Assembly (NCBI GenBank): GCA_964411625.1
Contig: CAYPMQ010000001.1
Location: 1 to 35,340, forward strand
DNA: 35,340 nt
Reading direction: 5' to 3'
DNA from: an uncultured Ignavibacteriaceae bacterium
GTDB lineage: Bacteria; Bacteroidota; Ignavibacteria; Ignavibacteriales; Ignavibacteriaceae
The position numbers and the translations under genes were made by a program. Shown here piece by piece: positions 1-8,875 of the stretch (position 1 is its first letter; each line of letters begins with the position of its first letter). The notes below the pieces were generated by a model. It searched no databases, was not told the origin of the DNA, and saw only the letters and a program-made list of their open reading frames with translations.

Positions 1-2118
1 GTTATATTCAACAGGGTTACCACCCTCTTCCTCAATACTTACAGGAACTTTAGTCTTAAATGCCCAGAAAGGTGACCATTCGCCGGTGCCGAACTGATTT
101 GTTGCTCTCACTCTCCAGTAATAGATCTTATTCTGTAATAAACCGGTAAACTGTGCAGTTGTATCTGTTACGTTTGTGAGATTCAGAATCAGAGTGCTTG
201 GTTCAAAGCTGTTCGTGGTTGCAAGCTGTACATCATAAGATGATGCAATCGGGTTTGTTCTCCAGACAAGCGAGGTATCTGTACTGATATTTGTAGATTT
301 ATCCAGAGGCAGTGCAAGAACGGGAGCTGCGGGGAATGCAGTCGTGAAACTGAACACCTGTGAGTATGGGGCGTTCCCTGCCGGGTTTTCAGACCTTACT
401 TTCCAGTAATATGTCTTCTGACCTTTGAGAGTTGCCTGTACGGTAACCATGGTATCGAAATAAACAGAGTTTATAAGCAGTGTATCAAAATTACTGTTTG
501 TTCCAAGCTGTACCTGATACTGAGTGGCACCCTGAGCATAATTCCATTTTAATGTGACCTGGGCTGTTATATCGCTTGCTCCGTTCAGGGGGAACGCAGG
601 CACTGCAGTTGCAGGTGCATTCATCTGAATAACATTCGAAACTGCCGATTCATTGTAGTTCCGGTCAAGAGCAGTAATTCCAAAGTAATATGTGCCCTGA
701 GCACCCTTAATTTCAGGATTGGAATTCCTCGAACCAACAATATCATTGATATTTGCAGGATCCGCAATTATTGCCGGAGTTATTGATGCCTGGCCGGATT
801 TATAAATCACATAACGGTATGCACTGTCACCATCTGAGGCCATTGCGGGTTTATCCCACTGAAGAGAGGTAATTCCTGTACCGGCAAGTCTTTCAAATCT
901 GAGATTCTGCGGAGCGTTAGGAACAACAACATCAAGCCAGTTCATTACCGGAAGCAGTGCCTTGGTATTGAACAGATTACTTTTCAGACTGTCTGCAAAT
1001 CCTTTGGGATTATTACTGAAATCTTCAGCCCTGAAAAAGATACTCCCGCCTGTTTTGGGGTTTGATCTGTTCTCCCTGATCTGGTTATGAATCTCGCTCG
1101 GAGATGACCATGAACTGATTCTGTAGGAAGCCTGCCCGGGATAAAAATGTCTTCCGTTTCTGAAGGTGGAATCGGCCCACCATCTTGAAAGCTTCAGATA
1201 ATCCTGCGAACCACCGATCGGCCAGTAGAGCTGGGGAGTCAGATAATCAATCGCATGGTTCTGAAGCCAGTTAATTGCATCACAGTAGATGGTTGAATAC
1301 GCATCAAGGCCGGTGATTCCCGGGGGCACACCGTTTTTCCAGATTCCGAACGGACTCATGCCAAATTTAACCCAGGGTTTGGCGGTTTTAACACTGTCAT
1401 TAATAGCCTTCAGGAGTATATTGATATTATCTCTTCTCCAGTCGTTGATGTTAGTGAATCCGCGGGGTTCTGCGGCAAATGTGTTTGCATCCTGATTGGA
1501 TATCTGATTTGGAGGATAAGGGTAGAAATAGTCATCCATGTGAAGCGCATCAATATCGTACCTTCTTACCACATCCATGATTACCGAAAGAATATAATTC
1601 CTTACAAGCTGCATACCGGGATTAAGAAATTTCAGAGTTCCTATCTGGAGTACATAATTGGGATTCTGAACTGTTACATGATTTGATGCAAGAGGGTAAT
1701 TTCCGACTGATCTCTCTGCCCTGTACGGATTAAACCAGACATGCAGCTCCATTCCTCTCTTATGCGCTTCTTCAATTGCGAACTGAAGAGGATCCCAGCC
1801 GGGGTTTGCTCCCTGCTGACCTGTGAGCCAGTATGACCATGGTTCTATTGATGACGGATACATTGCGTCGCACTCAGAACGCACCTGGAAAATAACCGCA
1901 TTTATATTGATTTCATCAAGCTTATCTAACAACTGTGTCAGCTCGAATTTCTGCTGTGCAACCACAGTTGGTGACGTACCTCTCGTCTTAGGCCAGTCAA
2001 GATTTGTTACGGTTGCTATCCAGGCTCCTCTGAATTCACGTTTTGGGTTTGCTGACTGAGGGAAAATGTAGAGTGTGCAGATCAGCATTATAAGTGTAAT
2101 TTGAAAGATATTTCTCAT
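1..2118 (-). CDS. Secreted glycoside-hydrolase-like family 10 (GHL10, YngK-type) protein with C-terminal Fn3-like tandem modules; C-terminal end runs off the window
   Basis: Absent from the ORF track because the frame is open to nt 1. My translation from ATG at 2118-2116 reads MRNIFQITLIMLICTLYIFPQSANPKREFRGAWIATVTNLDWPKT...MELHVWFNPYRA...IDALHMDDYFYPYP. That is a signal peptide followed by motifs typical of the GHL10 family. The frame stays open for 706 codons. The distal part holds two ~95-aa repeat modules, each ending ...YYW(K/R)VR.... Confidence 0.8.
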   Translation of the reverse strand, partial: MRNIFQITLIMLICTLYIFPQSANPKREFRGAWIATVTNLDWPKTRGTSPTVVAQQKFELTQLLDKLDEININAVIFQVRSECDAMYPSSIEPWSYWLTGQQGANPGWDPLQFAIEEAHKRGMELHVWFNPYRAERSVGNYPLASNHVTVQNPNYVLQIGTLKFLNPGMQLVRNYILSVIMDVVRRYDIDALHMDDYFYPYPPNQISNQDANTFAAEPRGFTNINDWRRDNINILLKAINDSVKTAKPWVKFGMSPFGIWKNGVPPGITGLDAYSTIYCDAINWLQNHAIDYLTPQLYWPIGGSQDYLKLSRWWADSTFRNGRHFYPGQASYRISSWSSPSEIHNQIRENRSNPKTGGSIFFRAEDFSNNPKGFADSLKSNLFNTKALLPVMNWLDVVVPNAPQNLRFERLAGTGITSLQWDKPAMASDGDSAYRYVIYKSGQASITPAIIADPANINDIVGSRNSNPEIKGAQGTYYFGITALDRNYNESAVSNVIQMNAPATAVPAFPLNGASDITAQVTLKWNYAQGATQYQVQLGTNSNFDTLLINSVYFDTMVTVQATLKGQKTYYWKVRSENPAGNAPYSQVFSFTTAFPAAPVLALPLDKSTNISTDTSLVWRTNPIASSYDVQLATTNSFEPSTLILNLTNVTDTTAQFTGLLQNKIYYWRVRATNQFGTGEWSPFWAFKTKVPVSIEEEGGNPVEYN

Positions 2119-2316
2119 GAAGAGGCCCATGTTTATTTGAACGTAAATAATTTAATATAATGTATAAATCTAATTAAAAAAAATCTATGGAAAAAGATGA
2201 GTATCATAACTCCGGACTATTTCCCGTTCAAACTATATGTTCATTCTTCTGCTTGAAGGTATCCCTGAGTATTATTAGATTATATATCTTAATTCATTAA
2301 AGTCAGTATAAGTGAA

Positions 2317-2793
2317 GTGAACTATAATAACAGCAGTGTCAGAAGGCAGGACAGACTTCTTCCCGAACCTGAGGCCCTGAAATTATTAAAAGAGGGAGAA
2401 TATGGTGTTCTCTCACTGATAACCGGGGAGAACAGACCTTACGGTATTCCGATCAGTTATGCCTGGTATGGTGAGAACTCAATTTTCCTTCATTCTGCCC
2501 CAGAAGGTAAAAAAATTATCTCTCTTCAGAATTATTCCGAAGTGTCTTTTTGTATTACGAGTAAAGCTGATGTTATTACGGAAAAATTTTCAACTTTTTA
2601 TGAAAGTATCATTCTGGAGTGCAAGGCATTCACCTCACTGTCTGATGATGAAAAGAGGAGGGGCCTTCTGTTTCTTGTGCAAAAATATTCTCCCGACCAT
2701 ATTGAAAAAGGTACCCGATATGCTGATTCTGCATTAAAAGGCACAGAAGTGATTCGCCCGGATATCATGAACTGGTCAGGTAAGAGGAAGTAA
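2317..2793 (+). CDS. Pyridoxamine 5'-phosphate oxidase family (FMN-binding split-barrel, NimA-like) protein
   Basis: 158-aa ORF with a GTG start. The N-terminus VRRQDRLLPEPEALKLLKEGEYGVLSL and the later LHSAPEGKK segment match the PNPOx-like family pattern. Confidence 0.7.
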   Translation: MNYNNSSVRRQDRLLPEPEALKLLKEGEYGVLSLITGENRPYGIPISYAWYGENSIFLHSAPEGKKIISLQNYSEVSFCITSKADVITEKFSTFYESIILECKAFTSLSDDEKRRGLLFLVQKYSPDHIEKGTRYADSALKGTEVIRPDIMNWSGKRK

Positions 2794-3000
2794 TGAATGG
2801 TCAGACCTGCTCCCGGTTTTCCGGTGAATTAATTCCAAAGTTTTTTTACCTGCGTTTATTACATGAAGAAACAGATCACTTCACGATTATATCTTCTCCT
2901 GTCAAAATGTAAACAATAATTCCCCATTTTTAAGCGACTTAAGAGGCGGTAAAACATCCGCAAAGCTTCAGCATTATCCCTGTTGAATCCTGCCTGATTT

Positions 3001-3035
3001 AAAATCAAAAAGCCGCTCCTTAGTAAGGAACGGCT
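3001..3035 (-). terminator. Rho-independent terminator downstream of the T9SS beta-propeller gene
   Basis: The minus-strand RNA reads AGCCGUUCCUU-ACU-AAGGAGCGGCU, an 11-bp stem with one G.U pair, followed by UUUUGAUUUU. It lies 24 nt after the stop codon at 3059. Confidence 0.6.
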
Positions 3036-3058
3036 CTTAATTTTAAAGATTAAATAAA

Positions 3059-4363
3059 TTACTTCATTAATACCATTTTATTGACTAATCTGATATTATT
3101 TGATCTTAATTCATAAATGTATGTACCTGAAGCCAGCTTGCCAGCATCAAAGTTGAATTCATAGTTGCCGGGGTTCATGTTTTCACTTACCAGTGTGGCA
3201 ACTTCGCTTCCTAACATGTCATAAACCTTTAAGGTTGTGAATCCGGCAGCCGGAATAGCAAACTTAATTGAGGTTGTGGGGTTGAATGGGTTAGGATAGT
3301 TCTGTGATAAAGCATAGTCTGTTGCAACGCCGGGTTCTTCTTTAACTGATGAAGGATTCGGGTTGATGGCTTTCTGAAGAGCCGGGAATCCTGAGCCGCC
3401 GAATACGCAGACATAAGCGGTATCGCCTGAAGGTGTGAATTCAATACCTCTGGGTCTCTGAGCGAGGGAGTCAGCACCCGGAACATAAGCCCATTTAAGA
3501 CTGTCAGTTAAATCACCGGTTGCAGTATTCCATGCATACCATGTTGCTACATCATAGTAGGTTGTAACACCGGGGTATCTGTTCGGTTTATCATTGGTTG
3601 AACCTGATGATAACCATAATCTGCCGTATTTTCTGTTCCAGGCAAATGATTCTGAATCAAAACCTTTTGCAACTGTATCCTGAAGTGTGAAAGGCGAGAA
3701 TTCATCAGGTCTGTTGTATTTCAGAACGCAATGGTTTGTGTAACCTGCCCAGTAAATTGTATTCCCGTCTGCGCTAACTTCAAATGCTCTTGAGAAACCG
3801 ACAGTTGAATCAAGGGCATTACCTAAAACGTTGAACTGAGCATCATAAATTTTCAGGGGTTTGCCTGTGCCGGGAACAACATGTGCTGTAAACATATTGA
3901 GGTTATCATCAACTGCAACTGCCGTTAATGACTGACCTACCGTCGGCTGTACTTTTGCAATACCTGCGCCGGTTTTGTAATCAATTTTGTAAACAGCGTC
4001 ATAGTATGAAGCATAGATGTTGCCGTCTTTATCGCTTCTCAATCCACGGCCGGCATTTTTCAGTGTATCAGGAACGCCGCCAACTGTAACAATCTTGATT
4101 GGTGAAAAAGGTGCCTGTGTTCCGTCGCCGTTAAATACATAAAGAGGTTTTACAAATACTGTACCGTTGGGAGTAACAATACTGTCAACGTTATAAAACG
4201 GCTGAACCCATACTCTTCCGTAAAGGTCAACTGCCACACCATGAAGGTCTCTTTTTGACTTGAATGATGTGTCAGGGAACGCACCAAGATTGGTCCATCC
4301 CTGTGAATATGCTACGGAGCCGATAAAAAGCACAAATAAAAGCGCCGTAAAGAATCTTTTCAT
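3059..4363 (-). CDS. T9SS-sorted secreted beta-propeller protein (NHL/SMP-30-like repeats)
   Basis: Signal peptide MKRFFTALLFVLFIGSVAYSQ. Repeated propeller-like blades are visible (DGNIYASYYDAVYKID, ADGNTIYWAGYT). The C-terminal ~85 aa (NYPNPFNPTTSIKF...GTYIYELRSNNIRLVNKMVLMK) is a classic T9SS type-A sorting domain. An AGGAG RBS precedes the start. Confidence 0.8.
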   Translation of the reverse strand: MKRFFTALLFVLFIGSVAYSQGWTNLGAFPDTSFKSKRDLHGVAVDLYGRVWVQPFYNVDSIVTPNGTVFVKPLYVFNGDGTQAPFSPIKIVTVGGVPDTLKNAGRGLRSDKDGNIYASYYDAVYKIDYKTGAGIAKVQPTVGQSLTAVAVDDNLNMFTAHVVPGTGKPLKIYDAQFNVLGNALDSTVGFSRAFEVSADGNTIYWAGYTNHCVLKYNRPDEFSPFTLQDTVAKGFDSESFAWNRKYGRLWLSSGSTNDKPNRYPGVTTYYDVATWYAWNTATGDLTDSLKWAYVPGADSLAQRPRGIEFTPSGDTAYVCVFGGSGFPALQKAINPNPSSVKEEPGVATDYALSQNYPNPFNPTTSIKFAIPAAGFTTLKVYDMLGSEVATLVSENMNPGNYEFNFDAGKLASGTYIYELRSNNIRLVNKMVLMK

Positions 4364-4466
4364 AATGTATCTCCTGTTTGATAGAATGATTAAGTTACTA
4401 AAATAAGAATATATTTTCTTTATTTCAACTTTAACTGTGGTTCCGGGTGGTTAACCCGGATCATAA

Positions 4467-5729
4467 TCACATATTTCTGCCCGGTGAAGGTGCTCCCTGT
4501 TTGAGAACCCTGATCATCAGGACTGTCTGTGGAATTACAGTTGTACCGCTCACCCCGGCTTCACGGGTATAGTAGAGATTGGTTCCGTTATCCCACGCAA
4601 AGTAGATAGCAGGGTAACTTGCCAGTACTCCGGGATAAAAGGCGCTGACCGCACCAACCGGTGATACCTGAACAATGGGGTCAGTTCTGTCTGTGCCAAC
4701 ATAAACAACACCATCAGCATCAACTGCCAAGGCATTAACTTTAATATTGTATCCGTAGGTTTGTGTAAGATCAGCAAAAAGTGTCTGATTAATCAGATCA
4801 TTGTTTGCATCAATATCAAATGAATAAACATACGCACTTGAATCCTGCTGAACAGCGGCATAAAGTTTATTTCCGGCAACTTTGAGTGCTTTTACGTTGA
4901 AAGCAAACGGATAAGTCTTCACTGATTTATCTGAAATTTTTACTCTGTAGAGTGCAGCATTATCACCGCCAAGCCACAGATGCGCGTTGGCATCTATATC
5001 CATATCTTTAAGTTTAACTGTATTAGGGGTAAGAGCCAGGAAGGTGCTTGATGATCCGCCGCCTGCAGGAATTTCAAATATGGCTCTCTGGAAGTTTCTG
5101 ATTCCGTACATTTTACCGCCCGGACCAAATTTCAGCGAGGTGTATCTTAAGCCGCCGCCTGCATCGGGAGTATATTTTGTTCTTACTCCTGCGGGGGTTA
5201 CTTTAACAATATTATTTGTTATCTGATTTGAAAGCAGCGAGATATACAGGTTGCCGTCTTTATCGAATTCAAGTGCCGAAGGCTCCTCAAATTCCTGAAG
5301 TGCAACAGGGGTTATTACAGCCTGCTGTAATCTGTACTTTGTGGTGTCACTGAATTCAATTGCGCCTGAAATTCTAATAAATACTCCGGCGGTATCATTT
5401 GCCAGATCAACCACTGCAGCCCTGACTTTTATCTCAGTGGCTGTTGATGATAATACGGTTCCCGGTTTTCCATTGAAGTATACAAATACTTCAGCAGGAT
5501 TTGCCGAAAAATTTGTACCTGTGATTGTCAGCTCGGTCACACCGGCTATACCTCCCCCGGCGGGAGAGATTGACGTGATGGTCGGTTTTGGTTTGAAGGT
5601 TACACCGGGATCATACAAGCTTTTTACTGACTCTTCACAACCGGTAAATGTAATAAGCGGTAACAGCAGTAATACTGCAAGAATTGCTGCCTGAACCGGC
5701 TTCATATAATTTTTTAAACGTTCTCTCAT
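4467..5729 (-). CDS. Lipoprotein with an IPT/TIG domain followed by a beta-propeller
   Basis: Lipobox ITFTGC follows a hydrophobic leader. An IPT/TIG-like segment follows (ITSISPAGGGIAGVTELTITGTNFSANPAEVFVYFNGKPGTVLSSTATEIKVRA). After that come NHL-like repeats (DGNLYISL, DGVVYVGTD). Confidence 0.7.
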   Translation of the reverse strand: MRERLKNYMKPVQAAILAVLLLLPLITFTGCEESVKSLYDPGVTFKPKPTITSISPAGGGIAGVTELTITGTNFSANPAEVFVYFNGKPGTVLSSTATEIKVRAAVVDLANDTAGVFIRISGAIEFSDTTKYRLQQAVITPVALQEFEEPSALEFDKDGNLYISLLSNQITNNIVKVTPAGVRTKYTPDAGGGLRYTSLKFGPGGKMYGIRNFQRAIFEIPAGGGSSSTFLALTPNTVKLKDMDIDANAHLWLGGDNAALYRVKISDKSVKTYPFAFNVKALKVAGNKLYAAVQQDSSAYVYSFDIDANNDLINQTLFADLTQTYGYNIKVNALAVDADGVVYVGTDRTDPIVQVSPVGAVSAFYPGVLASYPAIYFAWDNGTNLYYTREAGVSGTTVIPQTVLMIRVLKQGAPSPGRNM

Positions 5730-5753
5730 TTTAATACCTGTTCCTTTTCCCGA

Positions 5754-6782
5754 TTAATAAATGAATTTAACGCTTAGGTTATGAACATTATTGAATATAC
5801 CGAACGGTATATACGCATAATCCACTGCAAGATTAAATCCGAATTTTGAGGTATTAAGACCAACACCCATTGTCACATTTCTTTCATCATTGGGGAATGA
5901 ATATCCGCCTCTCAGAGAGAAAGTTTTCATAAAAGTGTATTCTCCGCCTATAAATACCTGCTCAGGATAATCTCTCGGGTGAGATGCATCAACCGAAACG
6001 AGGAATGTATGTTCTTCTTTATTAATTTCAACAAAATCAAGCACATCCATGGATAAACCGATTTTGAAGAGCAGCGGGAGCTGGAATCCTGCTTCCTTGT
6101 ATTTAAGCTCGGTCGAAAAATTTCTTACAGACATACCGAAGTTCAGGCTCTTGAATCCTGTTTTGTAGAGAATTCCAAAATCGAATGCGATTGCATTCAG
6201 AGCATTCTCTTCAGTAATCAGATTTCCTGAGCTGTCTATATCAACAACGCTCTGACCAAGATTCTGTCTTACTAATTTAACGTTTGCACCGAGTGAAAAT
6301 TTGTCTGAAAGTGCATTTGCATATCCGATACCGAATGAAAAAGCAGTCGGCTTGAACATATCAACGTCACGATAACCGCTCGGGCTTGAGCCGTCAACTA
6401 TCGTTCCCTGAAGTTCGCCGTAATCAACGTTCACTACAGTGATTCCGAATTTGCCGAAAACACTGCCAAACGGTTCAAACGCCGCAGATCCGTACAAATA
6501 ATTAATATCGGCAATCCATTTATTTACACCGAATGAAACATCCCACATGCTTGTGGAAAATGCCATTGTTGCCGGGTTATAAAATAATGCACCCGAATTG
6601 CCGGTCAGTGAGGTGAATGATTCACCCATAGCGGCAGCCCTTGCATCAGTTGGCACAGACAGAAATTTGAAACCGGTCTGAGCTAATTTTTCTCTTTGTG
6701 CATTCGTAACGGGTGTTGCAAGCATCACCAGCAAGATGGCAAAAAACAGTTTATATATTACTCTTTTCATTTTAATTCCCAT
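5754..6782 (-). CDS. PorV/PorQ-family outer-membrane beta-barrel protein
   Basis: Signal peptide, then the family-typical N-terminal motif GFKFLSVPTDARAAAMGESFTS...ALFYNPATMAF. Alternating beta-strand pattern throughout, with an aromatic C-terminus (...SVKFIY). The start could instead be the second ATG at 6770 (MKRVIYKLFF). Confidence 0.7.
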   Translation of the reverse strand: MGIKMKRVIYKLFFAILLVMLATPVTNAQREKLAQTGFKFLSVPTDARAAAMGESFTSLTGNSGALFYNPATMAFSTSMWDVSFGVNKWIADINYLYGSAAFEPFGSVFGKFGITVVNVDYGELQGTIVDGSSPSGYRDVDMFKPTAFSFGIGYANALSDKFSLGANVKLVRQNLGQSVVDIDSSGNLITEENALNAIAFDFGILYKTGFKSLNFGMSVRNFSTELKYKEAGFQLPLLFKIGLSMDVLDFVEINKEEHTFLVSVDASHPRDYPEQVFIGGEYTFMKTFSLRGGYSFPNDERNVTMGVGLNTSKFGFNLAVDYAYIPFGIFNNVHNLSVKFIY

Positions 6783-6791
6783 CTCTCTTGA

Positions 6792-8624
6792 TTAGCGAAT
6801 GATTACGAATTTAACAATATGCTTTTCACCGGTTTTGGTATCTTCAATAACTGCTATATAGATACCACTGACAACTATCTGCCCCGAGGATGTAACCTGA
6901 TTCCGGAATTCGTCCCCGCTTCCGTCGGTATGCTCAATTGTCTTTATCAATTCACCCATCTCGGTGTAGATCTTGATTGTGCACTCTCCGGGGATATCGT
7001 AGAATGCAATTCTGTCACCTGCACTGCCGCCCGGGAATCTGACTTTATCAGGTGATGCGGCAGAGTTGTACGGGTTGGGAACAACTCTGATCTGGCTGAG
7101 GCTCGTTCCTGCCTGTCTCTTAAGATTTGCAGGATCGTATGTCTGGGTCCAGTATCTGCTTGAGGATGTGTTTCTGTTTTTATCAACAGCAACTACGTAA
7201 TAGTAATAGTCAAATCCTCTTGAGAGGGAGAAATCATCATATCTTGTAACATCTGCAGTTACTTCAGCTATCTGATAGTAAGTGCTGTCTACATTACCGA
7301 GGGCTCTGTAAACCTGAAAATGTGTCGGAGGATTAGGATCATCGGCATATTTAGTCCAGCTTAAAGTTACACGGTCACCGCCTGATTTGACATCAAATGT
7401 TGCCGGCGGTCTCGGTGGTTCAAGTACGGGAGCCCAGTTAGCATCAAATCCTGCCTTGATCTTGTTAAAGGTAGCCATAAGAGAATCTTTGCCTTTAAGG
7501 AATTCTAGGTTCTTCTGTATTGCTGTAATCTGTCCGGCTTTGAACTGACGTCCTACAACAACACCTCTTTCATAACCGATACCTGCAGCGGCTTCAGCCC
7601 AGACAATTCTGATGCTGTCACCGGGAGCCAGAGTGTATGGTCCGTAACCGTTGTTGAATGAGTGTCCGCCTGTTCCGCCAAGTGCCGGGTCACCGGTCTG
7701 CTCTTCAAACTTACCGTTTGACTGAACTCTGTAAGCGTGTCTTTGTCCGTGTCCTTTAGTGATGAAATCAAATTCAGCCTGCATTCTTGTAACGTTGAAA
7801 GCGTTATTTCCAGCCAGGTACGGAGGAGAATCTGAATCCTGAGTATCTGTGGTTGAAGGCTGTGCAGGATCATCTGATTTATCTGTGGCTGATTTATCTG
7901 CGTGCAGAGTAACCATACCGACAAACTGCCATGCACCAAGTCTTCCTATGGTGTCATTCGGGGAAAGATATCTTGCAGCGGTTGAATTTCTTTCGAAAAT
8001 CGGGCCGCCGATATTGTCATAAGCAACGGTTTTTTCAGGTGAATAACCATGCCAGGAGAACTGAGCTCTTAAACCATTCGGGTTATCGGGATCATTGATG
8101 ATTCCGTCACCGCGGGCGTCACTCATTGTATTTTTACCCCAGCCGGTTGAGTTTGCAATAACATAACGTGTCTGTTTGTTAATTGCAAGCCTGTTGGTGA
8201 AGTAAAAATAAACGTCTGTTAATGTGTTGTTCGGTAATTCTATATCGTCATCGGCATCTGTGTTGCCGGTGTTTTTATAGGTGTATTCGTGAACAATAAA
8301 GTTATCATAAGCTGGATTACTGAACTGGTAAATCTTTCTTGTGAAAGTGATACCGAGCTGGGTGTTAACCGTGTTCACGATCTGACGATCCCACTTCATT
8401 GTGGGGTCAACTTTATCAAGAGCAACATCCTTCTGATATGAAGGATTACCATCAACTGAAGTTACCGGCGGGTCAAATTTTCCTGTCATTTCAAATTTGA
8501 CAGGATACGCAGCCCAGAACTGAGGATTACGCGGACCCATTGTCACTACTTTTACGGGATAAAAGGTTCCCGTCTCATCAGTAAAGTTTTTAGCACCTAT
8601 CCAGTGGCCTTTTGCAGCCTGCAT
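6792..8624 (-). CDS. Secreted Fn3-domain protein with a T9SS-like/FlgD-Ig-like C-terminal domain. This is the long 3' part of a gene interrupted by an in-frame TAG
   Basis: The 610-aa ORF has no signal peptide of its own. It contains an Fn3-like segment (PPATFDVKSGGDRVTLSWTKYADDP...YYYYVVAVD). Its C-terminus (IAFYDIPGECTIKIYTEMGELIKTIEH...SGIYIAVIED...KFVIIR) resembles T9SS sorting domains. It is in frame with the upstream signal-peptide fragment at 8712-8849. Confidence 0.7.
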   Translation of the reverse strand: MQAAKGHWIGAKNFTDETGTFYPVKVVTMGPRNPQFWAAYPVKFEMTGKFDPPVTSVDGNPSYQKDVALDKVDPTMKWDRQIVNTVNTQLGITFTRKIYQFSNPAYDNFIVHEYTYKNTGNTDADDDIELPNNTLTDVYFYFTNRLAINKQTRYVIANSTGWGKNTMSDARGDGIINDPDNPNGLRAQFSWHGYSPEKTVAYDNIGGPIFERNSTAARYLSPNDTIGRLGAWQFVGMVTLHADKSATDKSDDPAQPSTTDTQDSDSPPYLAGNNAFNVTRMQAEFDFITKGHGQRHAYRVQSNGKFEEQTGDPALGGTGGHSFNNGYGPYTLAPGDSIRIVWAEAAAGIGYERGVVVGRQFKAGQITAIQKNLEFLKGKDSLMATFNKIKAGFDANWAPVLEPPRPPATFDVKSGGDRVTLSWTKYADDPNPPTHFQVYRALGNVDSTYYQIAEVTADVTRYDDFSLSRGFDYYYYVVAVDKNRNTSSSRYWTQTYDPANLKRQAGTSLSQIRVVPNPYNSAASPDKVRFPGGSAGDRIAFYDIPGECTIKIYTEMGELIKTIEHTDGSGDEFRNQVTSSGQIVVSGIYIAVIEDTKTGEKHIVKFVIIR

Positions 8625-8708
8625 ATCCTGATAAGGATAGATGGCAGGGTATGCAAGACCATCCTGCTGGGTTTGAACGAAACCTTGTTCTTCAAGCTCA
8701 CAACCGAT

Positions 8709-8849
8709 CTATGAGTACCAGTTGTGAAGGGCGCCGACAGACATCCACATGTTCTTATACTGAGCATGGGAAGCCGTCGAGAATAACAAGACCCCGGCAA
8801 GAATTAAAAACAATTCTGCAAATTTATTTTTTTGAAAAACGGCTTTCAT
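8709..8849 (-). pseudogene. 5' fragment (signal peptide, 46 codons) of the 685-codon secreted-protein gene, ending in an in-frame TAG at 8711-8709
   Basis: My codon-by-codon translation from ATG at 8849-8847 (GAGGAAA RBS upstream) gives MKAVFQKNKFAELFLILAGVLLFSTASHAQYKNMWMSVGALHNWYS, then TAG. The same frame continues IGCELEEQGFVQTQQDGLAYPAIYPYQD and runs directly into the M at 8624 of the 610-aa ORF. Confidence 0.65.
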
Positions 8850-8875
8850 TATTTCCTCATCTAATTTTCTGTGGA

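Noticed and set aside
8709-8711. The in-frame TAG might reflect stop-codon reassignment or pyrrolysine.
   Set aside because: TAG terminates at least three other well-supported genes in this window (stops at 18876, 24951, 35012), and no other gene carries an internal TAG. A nonsense mutation, read-through or sequencing error is far more likely.
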